Shown piece by piece: positions 48,463 through 59,090 of a DNA stretch of 64,000 nucleotides (positions within the stretch are counted from its first letter, which is position 1; each line of letters begins with the position of its first letter). The stretch spans positions 1,792,001-1,856,000 of the forward strand of contig CAXXQS010000001.1 of the NCBI GenBank assembly GCA_963674735.2, in the 5' to 3' direction. The position numbers were made by a program, and so were the translations under genes. This DNA is from Myxococcota bacterium. GTDB taxonomy: Bacteria > Myxococcota_A > SURF-8. The notes under the pieces are model-generated. The model was given only the letters and a program-made list of their open reading frames with translations, ran no database searches and had not been told where the DNA came from.

Positions 48463-50604
48463 ATGAAAGCTAAATCAACGTTTGTCAGCGTTTTATTGGT
48501 CTCGCTGATTCTTCTGATTTCTGCCTGTGGCGGAGACGACTCTTTTTCTCCGGATCCTGATGACTCCGATGGCGATCAAAACGGAAACACCGAGACACCC
48601 GATGAAGACGAAATTTCTCCGGATGGTGACGACGTCACCCCAGACGGCGATGCAGACGATACGGGAGAAGAGGGGGAAGCCCCCCCCGAACCCGGCCCGA
48701 TCGATATCGATGAAGTAGCCGGATTGATGCATGCATTTGATTTTACAGATGATTCCTATTTGTTTTCAGCCCCTTTCCCAAACGATTTCTATATCGGGGA
48801 GGATGGTCTTGTCGATCTACCCGGTTTCCCCAACCCGAAGAACAGTTCGATGGCCAGTGACTTCATCGCAGCGGCCGAAGACCTTCTGGACGGCTTTGGC
48901 GTCAACACGCCCTCCTACTGGGTTTTCGAAGCCCCCCTCGATCTCACTTCGCTTCCCGCCGATCCAGCCGATACCCTGAGTTGGGATTCTTCTTTGCTGT
49001 TGATCAATATCGACCCCGCTTCCCCGCGTTACGGCAACCTCAACCCACTGGAATGGCATTGGAATCCTGAAGCCAATGTATACGAGGTGGCCAACATGCT
49101 GGCCGTCGCGCCCTACGATGGCTTTCCCCTTGACCCTCTGACAACTTACGCCATGGTTCTAACCGACAGTCTAACGGACGTTGATGGCAATCCGCTTGGC
49201 CGCCCCAAGCTTCTGGCTGATTTACTCTCGGGACGCGAAGACGGAGCCCTGGCCGATGCCTACAAACCGCTGGCCAACTGGCTCGGTCTCGACACCACTC
49301 CCCTCGTCCCGGAACGGGTGCGAGCGGCCACCGTCTTCACCACCCTGGATACCATCGGCGAGGTGAAAGCCATCCGCGATTATCTGGTTGATGAATATCC
49401 CAATGGAGCCGTCTCCGGGGACTTGGTCGATTGCACCTTCGATCATGCCGAAAATGGTTACCTGATCTTCAAGGGGCACTACACCGCCCCGAATTTTCAG
49501 GAAGGTGACGTTCCTTATGCCAGCGAAGGCGGCAACATCTATTTCGGTGAAAACGGCGACCCCATCGTGCAGATGACCGAAACCCTGCGTTTCGCCGTTA
49601 CCATCCCCATGAACCTCGACGTCCCAGCCGCCGGTTGGCCGATCGCCATGATCTCCCATGGTACGGGCGGGCGCTACAATTCCTACATTCGCGGTGGAGG
49701 CCGCTCCCGCTCGGTTCTCCTCACGGAAGCCGGACTCGCAACCATCGGAATCGACCAGCCGCTACATGGCGACCGTGGCAACGAAGCCACCAACGTCGAG
49801 CTGCATACCTTCAACTTTTTCAACCCCGAATCGGGCCGCAGTGTGTTCCGGCAGTCTGCCATCGATACGGTATCACTCACCCGACTCATCGTGGCAGGTG
49901 TTTTAAGGCTCGATAAATCGGTTTGCGACAGTTGGCCGACGGAAGCCGTCTATACCGGTCCCGATGAAATCGTTTTCGATCCGGAACTCATCTCTTTCCA
50001 TGGACACAGCCAAGGCGGCATGAGTGGTTCGCTGGCGGCAGCGGTGGAAGACGACGTGCAAGGTTGGGTTCTGTCGGGTGCGGGCGGTCGCCTCGCCATC
50101 ACCGTACTCGAACGCGAAGATCCGGACCTCCTGGGACTCATGACACCGATGATCGGTATCCAGGTCGAAGAAGCTCACAAACACCACCCCATCGTCGGCT
50201 TGCTGCAATGGCTAACCGAAATCACCGATATGATCAACTATGCCCCTTATTGGATCGGCTATCCCCACGACGGACGTCCCAAACACATGATGCTGACCAG
50301 TGGCTTCGTCGACCCTTATACTCCCAAAAACACAGCTTTCGCACTCGCGGTAGCCGGTCGCGTCCCGCTCCTTGAAGAAGTCCATGAAGCGATGCCCGGA
50401 CTGGAATTACGCGGTCTGAGTGCGTTCGCTCGTCCAGCAACACTGAACATCATGGCGCCTAACGGTCAACGCGCTACAGCCGGTTTCTGCCAGTACCCGG
50501 AGGATGGCCATTTTGCCGTGTTCGACAACGATGACGCAGCCTGGCTCTACCAGGAATTTCTGCGCTCCCTTTCTTACGCACAGGCACCCGTACTGGGCTA
50601 CTGA
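48463..50604 (+). CDS. Lipoprotein alpha/beta hydrolase (lipase-like) with N-terminal Ig-like region
   Basis: ISAC lipobox, DGD acidic linker, PFPND, HGTGG, DQPLHGDR, GHSQG nucleophile, GHF. Confidence 0.8.
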   Translation: MKAKSTFVSVLLVSLILLISACGGDDSFSPDPDDSDGDQNGNTETPDEDEISPDGDDVTPDGDADDTGEEGEAPPEPGPIDIDEVAGLMHAFDFTDDSYLFSAPFPNDFYIGEDGLVDLPGFPNPKNSSMASDFIAAAEDLLDGFGVNTPSYWVFEAPLDLTSLPADPADTLSWDSSLLLINIDPASPRYGNLNPLEWHWNPEANVYEVANMLAVAPYDGFPLDPLTTYAMVLTDSLTDVDGNPLGRPKLLADLLSGREDGALADAYKPLANWLGLDTTPLVPERVRAATVFTTLDTIGEVKAIRDYLVDEYPNGAVSGDLVDCTFDHAENGYLIFKGHYTAPNFQEGDVPYASEGGNIYFGENGDPIVQMTETLRFAVTIPMNLDVPAAGWPIAMISHGTGGRYNSYIRGGGRSRSVLLTEAGLATIGIDQPLHGDRGNEATNVELHTFNFFNPESGRSVFRQSAIDTVSLTRLIVAGVLRLDKSVCDSWPTEAVYTGPDEIVFDPELISFHGHSQGGMSGSLAAAVEDDVQGWVLSGAGGRLAITVLEREDPDLLGLMTPMIGIQVEEAHKHHPIVGLLQWLTEITDMINYAPYWIGYPHDGRPKHMMLTSGFVDPYTPKNTAFALAVAGRVPLLEEVHEAMPGLELRGLSAFARPATLNIMAPNGQRATAGFCQYPEDGHFAVFDNDDAAWLYQEFLRSLSYAQAPVLGY

Positions 50605-50640
50605 GAGATCCCGTTCTACACACGACACCTTGCGTTAACG

Positions 50641-50678
50641 AAAAACGCCCCCTTCTCGCTGAAGGGGGCGTTCGTTTT
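50641..50678. terminator. Bidirectional terminator
   Basis: AACGCCCCCTTC..GAAGGGGGCGTT between convergent genes. Confidence 0.8.
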
Positions 50679-50692
50679 GCAAGCAACGTTTT

Positions 50693-52324
50693 CTACTCGT
50701 CGTTCATATGTGGATACCGGTAGCTTTTAGCCGGAACGAAGGTTTCCTTGATCGAGCGAGGCGAAGTCCAGCGCAGCATATTGAGATAGCTGCCCGCCTT
50801 GTCATTGGTTCCCGAAGCCCGTGCACCGCCGAAGGGCTGTTGGTTGACCACGGCTCCGGTGGGTTTGTCGTTGATATAGAAATTGCCTGCAGCGTTACGC
50901 AACGTCTTGAGCGCCAGATTGACTGCCCGGCGATCTTGACTAAAAACCGCTCCCGTCAACGCATAAGGACTGGTACGATCACAAACACCTAAAATCTTTT
51001 CGTACTCATTGTCAGGATAAACAAAAGCCGTCACAACAGGGCCGAAGATCTCTTCGGTCATGCTTTCGTAATCCGGTCGAAGCGCCTGGATCAGGGTTGG
51101 GGAAATGAAATAACCTTCGGAGGCATCCCCTTCCCCGCCGATAAGCACCTTCGCTTTAGGCGATTTTTTCGCGCGGTCGATATAGCCCATGATCTTGTCG
51201 AAGCTCGACCGGTCGATTACGGCACCCATGAAGTTCGAAAAGTCGGTCGGATCTCCCATTTTGATCGTTGCGATTTCAGCTTCCAGCTTTTTCAGCAAAC
51301 GCGGCCAAAGCTTCTTGGGAATGTACAGACGGCTCGCGGCCGAACATTTCTGGCCCTGAAACTCGAAAGAGCCCCGTAAAATGGCAATGGCAAGCGCGTC
51401 CAGATCGGCAGAAGGATGCGCAACGATAAAGTCTTTACCACCCGTCTCACCCACAATACGCGGATAAGAACGATAATTCTGGATATTGTTTCCCACAGTT
51501 CGCCACATACTCTGGAAGGTAGGGGTCGATCCTGTGAAGTGAATACCGGCCAGATCGGGATGCGGAAGCACTTGTTTTCCGATCATGCTTCCCGGTCCAA
51601 GCACGAGGTTGATGACTCCATCGGGAAGCCCGGCTTCTTTGAGGAGCTGCATAAGGAAATGCGCGGCGTACACACCGGTTGAAGCCGGTTTCCAGACAAC
51701 CGTGTTACCCATAATGGCAGGCGCTGTGGGTAGGTTTCCGGCGATCGAAGTGAAATTGAAAGGAGTAACCGCAAAAACGAAACCTTCAAGCGGTCGATAC
51801 TCCGTACGATCCCATATGCCGGGTGCCGATGCGGGTTGTCCCTTCATGATGTCACAAGCATACGAGACATTGAAGCGGAGAAAATCAATCAACTCACAGG
51901 CGGCATCGATTTCCGACTGAAACGGCGTTTTACTTTGCCCAAGCATGGTGGCGGCATTAAGCGTATCGCGCCACGGTCCGGCCAGCAAGTCGGCCGCTTT
52001 CAAAAATATGGCTGCCCGCTCTTCCCAAGACCAATCCGCCCAATCCGCACGCGCCTTAGCCGCTGCTTTGATCGCGGCCTCCACCTCGGCCTGTCCGCCT
52101 ACATGGTAGCGCCCTAGAAGAAGATCATGCTTGTGTGGAGATCGCATCTCGGCCAGTTTTTTGGTGCGTACGTGGCGTCCTCCTATCACTAACGGAGCCT
52201 GTATCGGCCGCGCAGCCATTCGAGCGATTTTCGACTGTAACGAACTACGCTCCGGAGTACCGGGAGCATAAGATTTAATGGGCTCGTTATCGACCTTGGG
52301 AGGAATGAACTGACCAAAACTCAC
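50693..52324 (-). CDS. pruA: L-glutamate gamma-semialdehyde (P5C) dehydrogenase
   Basis: NEPIKSYAPG, EIDAACELIDF, GETGGKDF, FQGQKCSA, NDKPTGAVV; GTG start after AAGGAGG. Confidence 0.93.
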   Translation of the reverse strand: MSFGQFIPPKVDNEPIKSYAPGTPERSSLQSKIARMAARPIQAPLVIGGRHVRTKKLAEMRSPHKHDLLLGRYHVGGQAEVEAAIKAAAKARADWADWSWEERAAIFLKAADLLAGPWRDTLNAATMLGQSKTPFQSEIDAACELIDFLRFNVSYACDIMKGQPASAPGIWDRTEYRPLEGFVFAVTPFNFTSIAGNLPTAPAIMGNTVVWKPASTGVYAAHFLMQLLKEAGLPDGVINLVLGPGSMIGKQVLPHPDLAGIHFTGSTPTFQSMWRTVGNNIQNYRSYPRIVGETGGKDFIVAHPSADLDALAIAILRGSFEFQGQKCSAASRLYIPKKLWPRLLKKLEAEIATIKMGDPTDFSNFMGAVIDRSSFDKIMGYIDRAKKSPKAKVLIGGEGDASEGYFISPTLIQALRPDYESMTEEIFGPVVTAFVYPDNEYEKILGVCDRTSPYALTGAVFSQDRRAVNLALKTLRNAAGNFYINDKPTGAVVNQQPFGGARASGTNDKAGSYLNMLRWTSPRSIKETFVPAKSYRYPHMNDE

Positions 52325-52399
52325 AGCGAACCTCCTTATCATACAGTTTACTTGCAATCCATAATTCAGGTCTGTGGAATATCACATCAGACCGTCAGC

Positions 52400-52428
52400 A
52401 TGCTAACGTAGCCCATGTGCTTCGTCAA
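52400..52428 (-). promoter_or_regulatory. Putative sigma-70 promoter of pruA
   Basis: Minus strand TTGACG-17 nt-TAGCAT. Confidence 0.5.
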
Positions 52429-52489
52429 GCCTTGTCCTGCAAGCATGCGATAAAGTTTCTTTAACTGTTTCCTCATAATTTTCGAACGT

Positions 52490-55400
52490 ATGCCATATTT
52501 TGACATGTTGGCCATGTACACTGATTCTGATAGTGAAAAGGGAATCATTGTGTTAAACTTTTACAGTCAATTCTATCATCAACAAACAGACAACATCAGT
52601 AAACGAGCCATGCAAGTCTCGAAATTCTTCAAGCACGATTATATCCGGGAAAAATGGTTCGGCCTGTTGCCAGCCATCTATCTCCTTTTGGGGATCATTG
52701 CAATTATCATCGAGCTGAACCTAACCACCGGCGCTTGTATTAATAGTTTCCGGTTCATAGCCGAAATCACCGCCGTCATCCTCACGGCCCTCCTCTTTTT
52801 TGTTTTTCTTAGAACGCTGAAAAAACAGATACAACACTCAATCTCAGCAGTCGGTGCTGCCAATCAACGATTCACTTCTCTGACAGACAGTTTAAATCTT
52901 CCCGTTATCGAAACGGATACTGCCGGCAACATCCTCACTTCGAACGACAAAGCCCAAGGCTGCCTGTCGCTTTTTAAAAACCCCGAGGAACATCCCTGTA
53001 TTTTCAATCGTTTTTACGGCTCAGATGGAGAAGCGGCACAGGCGTTTTTCATTGACTGTGTCAACAAACAGATCCCAACCTTCACCTACAACCAGTTGAT
53101 CGAGCGATCGGACGGCTTAAAGCGAACCTTTACTTTCACCCACCATCTATGGGTCGACTCATTATCTCGACAAACACGAATACTGATCAGCGCAACGGAC
53201 ATAACGGAATCACTCCAATCCAAAGCGAAACTAGACCTTCTAAACCGCATCGCCGAACAGATCGGCGAAGGTGTGGCCGTGGCTGATTTATCCGGAAAGC
53301 TAATTTTCATCAATGACGCGTGGGCCCATATGCACGGTTATACCGTAACCGAAATGCTGGGACAAAATATCGCGATCAGCCACACAAGCGAACAGATTGA
53401 AACCGATGTCCTTCCGTTCAACGAATTTGTCAACAAGTATGGCTCCCATCGCGGCGAAGTTGGACATGTGCATAGGGATGGAACAACTTTTATTACCGAA
53501 ATGACCACCACCGTCTTACGTGATGACAACGATGAAGCTTTCGGATTGATCGGTATCGCTCAGAATATATCTCAGCGTAAAAAATTGGACGCACTTTTTC
53601 AACACCGTATTCGTGTCGAACGCGCGGTTGCCCGGGTATCTAAAACATTGTCTGTTTACAAAGAAGCGGACATCAATGCCTGCCTGGCCATGCTCGGAGA
53701 AGCAGTTGAGGCTCACCGGGCCTACATTTTCACCTATCACGATGACAATCGAAAATGTAGTAACACTCATGAGTGGTGCAGCCAAGAAACTCAACCGGAA
53801 ATTGAGAATCGACAAAACATCGACATCCACAGGTTGAAGGGGTGGGACGAAGCTCTGCGGCACGATGAAAACATCGTCATCCCATCTGCAAATGAACTTC
53901 CCCAAGACCAAAAAACAATTCTTGCATTAGCAAAGAATCAACCTATCCAATCGCTGTTGATCGTACCCATGTGGTCGGACAAGCGGCTCTATGGATTCCT
54001 TGGCTTCGACGATGTCAAACAGAAGCGTCTCTGGTCTGACGACGACTTGATCTTGTTGCGTACTGCATCCGAAATCCTCATGGCACACTTCGAACAGGTG
54101 GAAGCCGCAAACCAACTACGCAACAATGAAGCCCTTTTCAGAACAGCTTTTCAGCTCATTCCAGATTCGGTCGGCCTGCAACACTTTGATAATGGTCACT
54201 TTGTTCGCATCAACGCCGCGTTCCAAGAAACATTCGGTTATGATCTTGCGGAGGTACTGGGAAAAAGCGATCTCGATATTGGAATATGGGAAAATCATGC
54301 ACAGCGCCGATCGGCGCGACAAATCATTGAAGCCCATGGCGAAATTCGCGAAATGGAAGCCGTATTTATCCGCCGCGATGGTAGCCGCTTCGTGGGCAGC
54401 ATGTCGGCTCGCAGGCTCGACCAACAGGATGGCCGATTCGTCCTTGCCATCATACGCGATATCACCGCAGCCAAAGTTTCCGAGCGTGCCTTGAGACAAT
54501 CGGAAGAAAACTATCGGTCCATTTTCGAAGCAGTTAACGATGCCATTTTCGTCCACGACCTTGAAACCGGCAAAATACTAGATGTGAACCGCAAAATGAT
54601 GGAAATGTATGGCTACAACTATGAAGAGGCTACCGGATTGGTTATGAAGAACGTGTGCGACGATCAAACACCCCATACCGCTGAAAACGCTATGACATGG
54701 ATTAAAAAGGCTGCGGAAGGCGAACCGCAGGTTTTTGAATGGCGTGCCAGGCGTAAAGATGGCTCTCTGTTCTGGACCGAAGTCAGTTTGAAACGCGCGA
54801 TTGTCGCCGGTGAAGGTCGCCTGTTAGCTTCCGTTCGTGACATTAGCGACAGGAAAAAGAACCTTGTAGAAAAAGAAAACCTCGAAATGCAACTCAGGCA
54901 AAAGCAGAAATTGGAATCGATCGGAACCTTGGCAAGCGGAGTTGCTCATGAAATCAACAACCCCATCAATGGAATTATGAACTATGCACAGTTGATTTTC
55001 GATCGTCTTGGCGAATCGCATCCTCTATCCGAATTTTCCCTGGAGATCATCCTCGAATCCGAGCGGATTGCAACAATCGTACGCAATCTACTCGCTTTTT
55101 CGCGTCAGGAGAAAGAGCCACACAACCGTTCCTCTATCCAGGAAATCGTCGATGCGACCTTGACATTGGTTAAAACACTTCTGCGTAAGGATACGATACG
55201 AATCGATGTCGAGTTGCCTTCCGACCTCCCATATGTTTATTGCCGAACCAAACAAATTCAACAGGTGCTAATGAATCTCATCACCAACGCGCGCGATGCC
55301 CTTAACGAAAAGTTTCCCGGACCTCACCAAAACAAGATCATCCGTATCAGCAGTTGTGCAGTCATGAAGCAAGGTCAACAATGGGTGCGCATAACGGCAG

Positions 55401-55606
55401 AAGATAACGGCTCCGGTATTCCACAAGAAGTACTTCCGCGTATCTTCGATCCTTTCTTCACAACCAAGTCACGCGATATCGGGACAGGACTCGGACTTTC
55501 CGTCAGCCATGGAATCATCGCCGAGCACGGCGGGGAATTCACTGTTGACAGTAAAAGGGGCGAATTTACACGGTTTTCATTCGATCTAAAAGCGGCAGAG
55601 AAATAG
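52490..55606 (+). CDS. Membrane-anchored multi-PAS/GAF sensor histidine kinase
   Basis: 2 TM helices, about 4 PAS domains, GAF (NTHEWC..GFLGFD), AHEINNP H-box, NARDA, DNGSG, GTGLGL; start uncertain. Confidence 0.92.
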   Translation: MPYFDMLAMYTDSDSEKGIIVLNFYSQFYHQQTDNISKRAMQVSKFFKHDYIREKWFGLLPAIYLLLGIIAIIIELNLTTGACINSFRFIAEITAVILTALLFFVFLRTLKKQIQHSISAVGAANQRFTSLTDSLNLPVIETDTAGNILTSNDKAQGCLSLFKNPEEHPCIFNRFYGSDGEAAQAFFIDCVNKQIPTFTYNQLIERSDGLKRTFTFTHHLWVDSLSRQTRILISATDITESLQSKAKLDLLNRIAEQIGEGVAVADLSGKLIFINDAWAHMHGYTVTEMLGQNIAISHTSEQIETDVLPFNEFVNKYGSHRGEVGHVHRDGTTFITEMTTTVLRDDNDEAFGLIGIAQNISQRKKLDALFQHRIRVERAVARVSKTLSVYKEADINACLAMLGEAVEAHRAYIFTYHDDNRKCSNTHEWCSQETQPEIENRQNIDIHRLKGWDEALRHDENIVIPSANELPQDQKTILALAKNQPIQSLLIVPMWSDKRLYGFLGFDDVKQKRLWSDDDLILLRTASEILMAHFEQVEAANQLRNNEALFRTAFQLIPDSVGLQHFDNGHFVRINAAFQETFGYDLAEVLGKSDLDIGIWENHAQRRSARQIIEAHGEIREMEAVFIRRDGSRFVGSMSARRLDQQDGRFVLAIIRDITAAKVSERALRQSEENYRSIFEAVNDAIFVHDLETGKILDVNRKMMEMYGYNYEEATGLVMKNVCDDQTPHTAENAMTWIKKAAEGEPQVFEWRARRKDGSLFWTEVSLKRAIVAGEGRLLASVRDISDRKKNLVEKENLEMQLRQKQKLESIGTLASGVAHEINNPINGIMNYAQLIFDRLGESHPLSEFSLEIILESERIATIVRNLLAFSRQEKEPHNRSSIQEIVDATLTLVKTLLRKDTIRIDVELPSDLPYVYCRTKQIQQVLMNLITNARDALNEKFPGPHQNKIIRISSCAVMKQGQQWVRITAEDNGSGIPQEVLPRIFDPFFTTKSRDIGTGLGLSVSHGIIAEHGGEFTVDSKRGEFTRFSFDLKAAEK

Positions 55607-55632
55607 TGGTGTGCGAAAAGATCGGCCCCGAA

Positions 55633-56112
55633 TCAGGCAACAAGTAACCCTGCCACTTTTTCCAGAAACTGTTCGTCGTCCTCGTTAAAGGCGCTCACCT
55701 CATCACCATCGACGTCAATCTGCCCCTTCACTTCTCCCGAGGAGGGATCACGGATCAAAACAACGATTTCCGAACGTGTTTTCAGGCTGCAAGCCAGATA
55801 ATTTCCGAGCTCACGCACGTCCTGCACGATTTGGTTTTCGCCGGTTGCAATCGCCGTTCCACAGACCCCCTGACCAATGGCTATACGTGTGTGTTCGGTA
55901 GCTTCACCACGATACGGGCCTAAGACCAGATGATCGCCCTGTAGCCAGTACACGCCAACCCACTTGTAGGAAGGCAGGGAGTCGTAAATAATCGCCACCG
56001 CCATGTCAGCCACAACCGTTGTATCGGTAGTGCGACTCCGTACAGCCTCTATTTTTTTTATAACACGCCCGAAATCACCTTGTGACAATTCCGCCTCCCC
56101 ACCCGTTTTCAA
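55633..56112 (-). CDS. GAF domain protein, free methionine-R-sulfoxide reductase-like
   Basis: WVGVY, LGPY.G, GVCGTA, YLAC..RSEIVV, DVD. Confidence 0.8.
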   Translation of the reverse strand: MKTGGEAELSQGDFGRVIKKIEAVRSRTTDTTVVADMAVAIIYDSLPSYKWVGVYWLQGDHLVLGPYRGEATEHTRIAIGQGVCGTAIATGENQIVQDVRELGNYLACSLKTRSEIVVLIRDPSSGEVKGQIDVDGDEVSAFNEDDEQFLEKVAGLLVA

Positions 56113-56130
56113 GGAGAGCTAAAGCCCGAT

Positions 56131-57699
56131 TCAGTGCAGCAGACCACCAATAATCTGACTCACCCCGCGCACGCGCTGCGCAAGCTTTCGGCCGAACAAA
56201 ACTTTTACCCCGCCCAACAGAGCGCGGTACATTTTATCCGAGTAAGGGTGCCAAAACGGACTCGCTGGCGGATGAATCAGGTTTTCCTCGTTGATATGAT
56301 AAGGATAGCACAAGTCGACCAAGCCCTGGTCGGAGTGTACCTTGCCGGTTCCACTTAACTTAACACCCTGCCAAGGCGTCTCGGGCAAACCGTGGGTCAG
56401 CAGAACTTCATTAACCATCACCGTTCCGGCTTCCAGTCGCTGGGCGATTTCGCGTCCCCGTTGACGATCACGGGTGAAAATAGACGCCGTGAGACCATAG
56501 ATGGAATGGTTGGCGCGCTCGATGGCTTCTTCGTCGGAACGAACCTTCATAATCGGGATCACCGGGCCGAAGGTTTCATCCCGAATGACCTCCATATCCT
56601 CCGTCACATCCACGAGAACGGTCGGCTCGAAGAAGTTCCCCGGACCGTCGATTCGTTTCCCGCCGGTGAGCGCCTTGGCACCATTGGCCAGAGCATCCTT
56701 AACCTGGTGTTCGACGATGCGTAGCTGATTCTCGTCGACCATCGGCCCCATATCCATTTCACCAAGCTGTGGATCACCGACACGAAGCGCCTGTACGCGC
56801 TCGGTTACTTTCGCTACGAGCTCATCATATATTGACTCATGCGCATACACCCGTTCGACCGAAGCGCAAGTTTGACCGGCATTGCACAATCCGCCCCACG
56901 TAATGGCGCCAGCCGTATAATCCAAGTCGGCATCGGCCCGCACGATAACGGGATCCTTGCCGCCCAGTTCCATGCTGCTGGGTATCATCAGGCGACCACA
57001 CAACATCGCCACCTGACGTCCGACTTCGGTAGAACCGGTGAAGTTAACGTAGTCCACACCCATCTCGATCATCTGCGAAGCAATCGATCCCGAAGTCGTA
57101 ACGACTTGGAATAAGTCGCGATCCAGGCCTGCTTCATCCATCAACTCGCGCATTTTGAGCGCAATCAGGGGGGTCAGGCTGGCCGGCTTCTGGATAACTG
57201 CGTTACCGGCTAGAAGCCCCATGACAATGGCTCCGGCAGGAATCGTAAGGGGATAATTCCAGGGAGAAATCACCAACATCACGCCACGTGGACGGTATTG
57301 AATGAAACTGCGTCGATGCTTGAGAAGATGCATCCCGATCGTCTTGTCGGCCAGAATTTTTTTCGCGCGTTTCGCGAAATAAGCCGTCAGATCGATCACC
57401 GGCAGAACTTCCGTAACCATGGCTTCCTGCAATGGCTTGCCGTTTTCCTTTGAAATCAACTCACAAACTTCGGCAGCCCGTTCGGTTAGGATATGCTGAA
57501 AGCGGCGTAAAACCGTAATGCGATCATCCAAGGATTGTGACGCCCAGAGTTTCTGGGCCGTTTTGGCACGATCCAAAGACTCACGGGCTTCTTCCAGTGA
57601 GAAAAATGGGGCTTCTCCGATAACGTCACCGTTGGCAGGATTGCTGCTGATGATCGATCGAGGGATCGTGGCTGAATCCGGGACCGGTTTAAGCGACAT
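56131..57699 (-). CDS. Aldehyde dehydrogenase
   Basis: PWNYP, FTGSTEVG, MELGGKD, NAGQTCAS, ETFGP. Confidence 0.93.
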   Translation of the reverse strand: MSLKPVPDSATIPRSIISSNPANGDVIGEAPFFSLEEARESLDRAKTAQKLWASQSLDDRITVLRRFQHILTERAAEVCELISKENGKPLQEAMVTEVLPVIDLTAYFAKRAKKILADKTIGMHLLKHRRSFIQYRPRGVMLVISPWNYPLTIPAGAIVMGLLAGNAVIQKPASLTPLIALKMRELMDEAGLDRDLFQVVTTSGSIASQMIEMGVDYVNFTGSTEVGRQVAMLCGRLMIPSSMELGGKDPVIVRADADLDYTAGAITWGGLCNAGQTCASVERVYAHESIYDELVAKVTERVQALRVGDPQLGEMDMGPMVDENQLRIVEHQVKDALANGAKALTGGKRIDGPGNFFEPTVLVDVTEDMEVIRDETFGPVIPIMKVRSDEEAIERANHSIYGLTASIFTRDRQRGREIAQRLEAGTVMVNEVLLTHGLPETPWQGVKLSGTGKVHSDQGLVDLCYPYHINEENLIHPPASPFWHPYSDKMYRALLGGVKVLFGRKLAQRVRGVSQIIGGLLH

Positions 57700-57755
57700 A
57701 GTATACTCCTTTTCTATATCATCCTAAAATCCCAAGGACATCTGATAGAGTTCTA

Positions 57756-59051
57756 TCAGCCTGAATCTCTTCCATTTTCCGGATGAAATCGTCGGTCGAT
57801 CACCGCGGCACCGACACTGTCTCCCCAGACATTCGTAGCCGTGCGAAAACGATCAAGTAACCAATCGACCGACAACAAAATCCCGATGCCCTCAACCGGC
57901 ACGTTGACCGCCGTAAGAACCATGACCATTGTAACCAATCCCGCCTGGGGAATCGCTGCAGCACCGACAGCCGCCAAGGTCGCAGTAAGCAACACGACCA
58001 CCAACTGCACGCCAGAAAGCTCGATTCCGTAAGCCTGCGCAATAAACACCGCCGCAACAGCCTCATAAAGAGCGGTGCCATCCATGTTGACAGTCGCACC
58101 CAGCGGTAAAACAAAGCGACTGCTTTCGGGTGACAGGTTTGCATTTTCTTCCGCGTTGCGGATCGTGATAGGCAAGGTCGCGGCACTTGATGCCGTGGAA
58201 AAAGCGGTCAAGACGGCTTCGGAGAAATGGGCGGCATGGCGCAATGGATTGCGACGAGCCAGCAACCATAATAGCAAGGGCAACACGACAAAGGCGTGAA
58301 AACCGAGCCCGGCCAGCACAGTGATGAAATATCCGGCCAACCGGCTCAACTCCGTCCAAACCGCCTGTCCACCTCCGGCCTGCCCCACGCGGTCGGCTAC
58401 CAACCCGAGAATGCCCAAAGGAGCCACCCAAACCACACCACGGACAATACGCATCAAGATATCGTTGACGGTCGACGTCAATTCCACCAGTTTTTTCCCG
58501 CGTTCGCCCAAGGTGTTTAGCAACCCGCCGAATATCAAGGAAAAAACCAGCAATCCCATAATCCGCCCATCGGCAGCGGCCTTGAACAGGTTTGGCGGAA
58601 CAAGTCCTCGCACCATGTTAAACAAGGCATCATACCAGGCAAGAACCGCCACGGTGGGCGCCTGCCCCGATCCGGTCAAGCCCGATCCGAGTCCCGGTCG
58701 AAAAGTAGAAACAAGAAACAACCCGATCCCAACCGAGATCAAGGTCGTAACGAGGTAATACCCGAAAGTGAAGGTGAAGATCGAACCGATACGACGGCGT
58801 TCGCCCAGAGCCGCCATCCCCACAATCATGCTGCAGACAATCAGCGGAACGACGACCATCTTCAGCATGTTCATGAAAAGATCGCCTAAAAGGCGCAACA
58901 GACCGGTAAACACAGGCCAATCGTTCGCCGTCCAATGCTCCCCCCACACACCACCAATGACGAACCCGAGCGCCGCACCCGACATCAGCAACAGGGGCAG
59001 AAGAGACTGAGAAACCAGACGATTAGACGTAATCCGATTGGCGGATATCAT
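57756..59051 (-). CDS. Dicarboxylate/amino acid:cation symporter (GltP/DctA family)
   Basis: AFSTASSAATLP, GATVNMDGTA and DRFRTATNV motifs. Confidence 0.93.
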   Translation of the reverse strand: MISANRITSNRLVSQSLLPLLLMSGAALGFVIGGVWGEHWTANDWPVFTGLLRLLGDLFMNMLKMVVVPLIVCSMIVGMAALGERRRIGSIFTFTFGYYLVTTLISVGIGLFLVSTFRPGLGSGLTGSGQAPTVAVLAWYDALFNMVRGLVPPNLFKAAADGRIMGLLVFSLIFGGLLNTLGERGKKLVELTSTVNDILMRIVRGVVWVAPLGILGLVADRVGQAGGGQAVWTELSRLAGYFITVLAGLGFHAFVVLPLLLWLLARRNPLRHAAHFSEAVLTAFSTASSAATLPITIRNAEENANLSPESSRFVLPLGATVNMDGTALYEAVAAVFIAQAYGIELSGVQLVVVLLTATLAAVGAAAIPQAGLVTMVMVLTAVNVPVEGIGILLSVDWLLDRFRTATNVWGDSVGAAVIDRRFHPENGRDSG

Positions 59052-59090
59052 ACAGATCCTGCAAGCTATGTACCGCTAAACGGCACGGGT

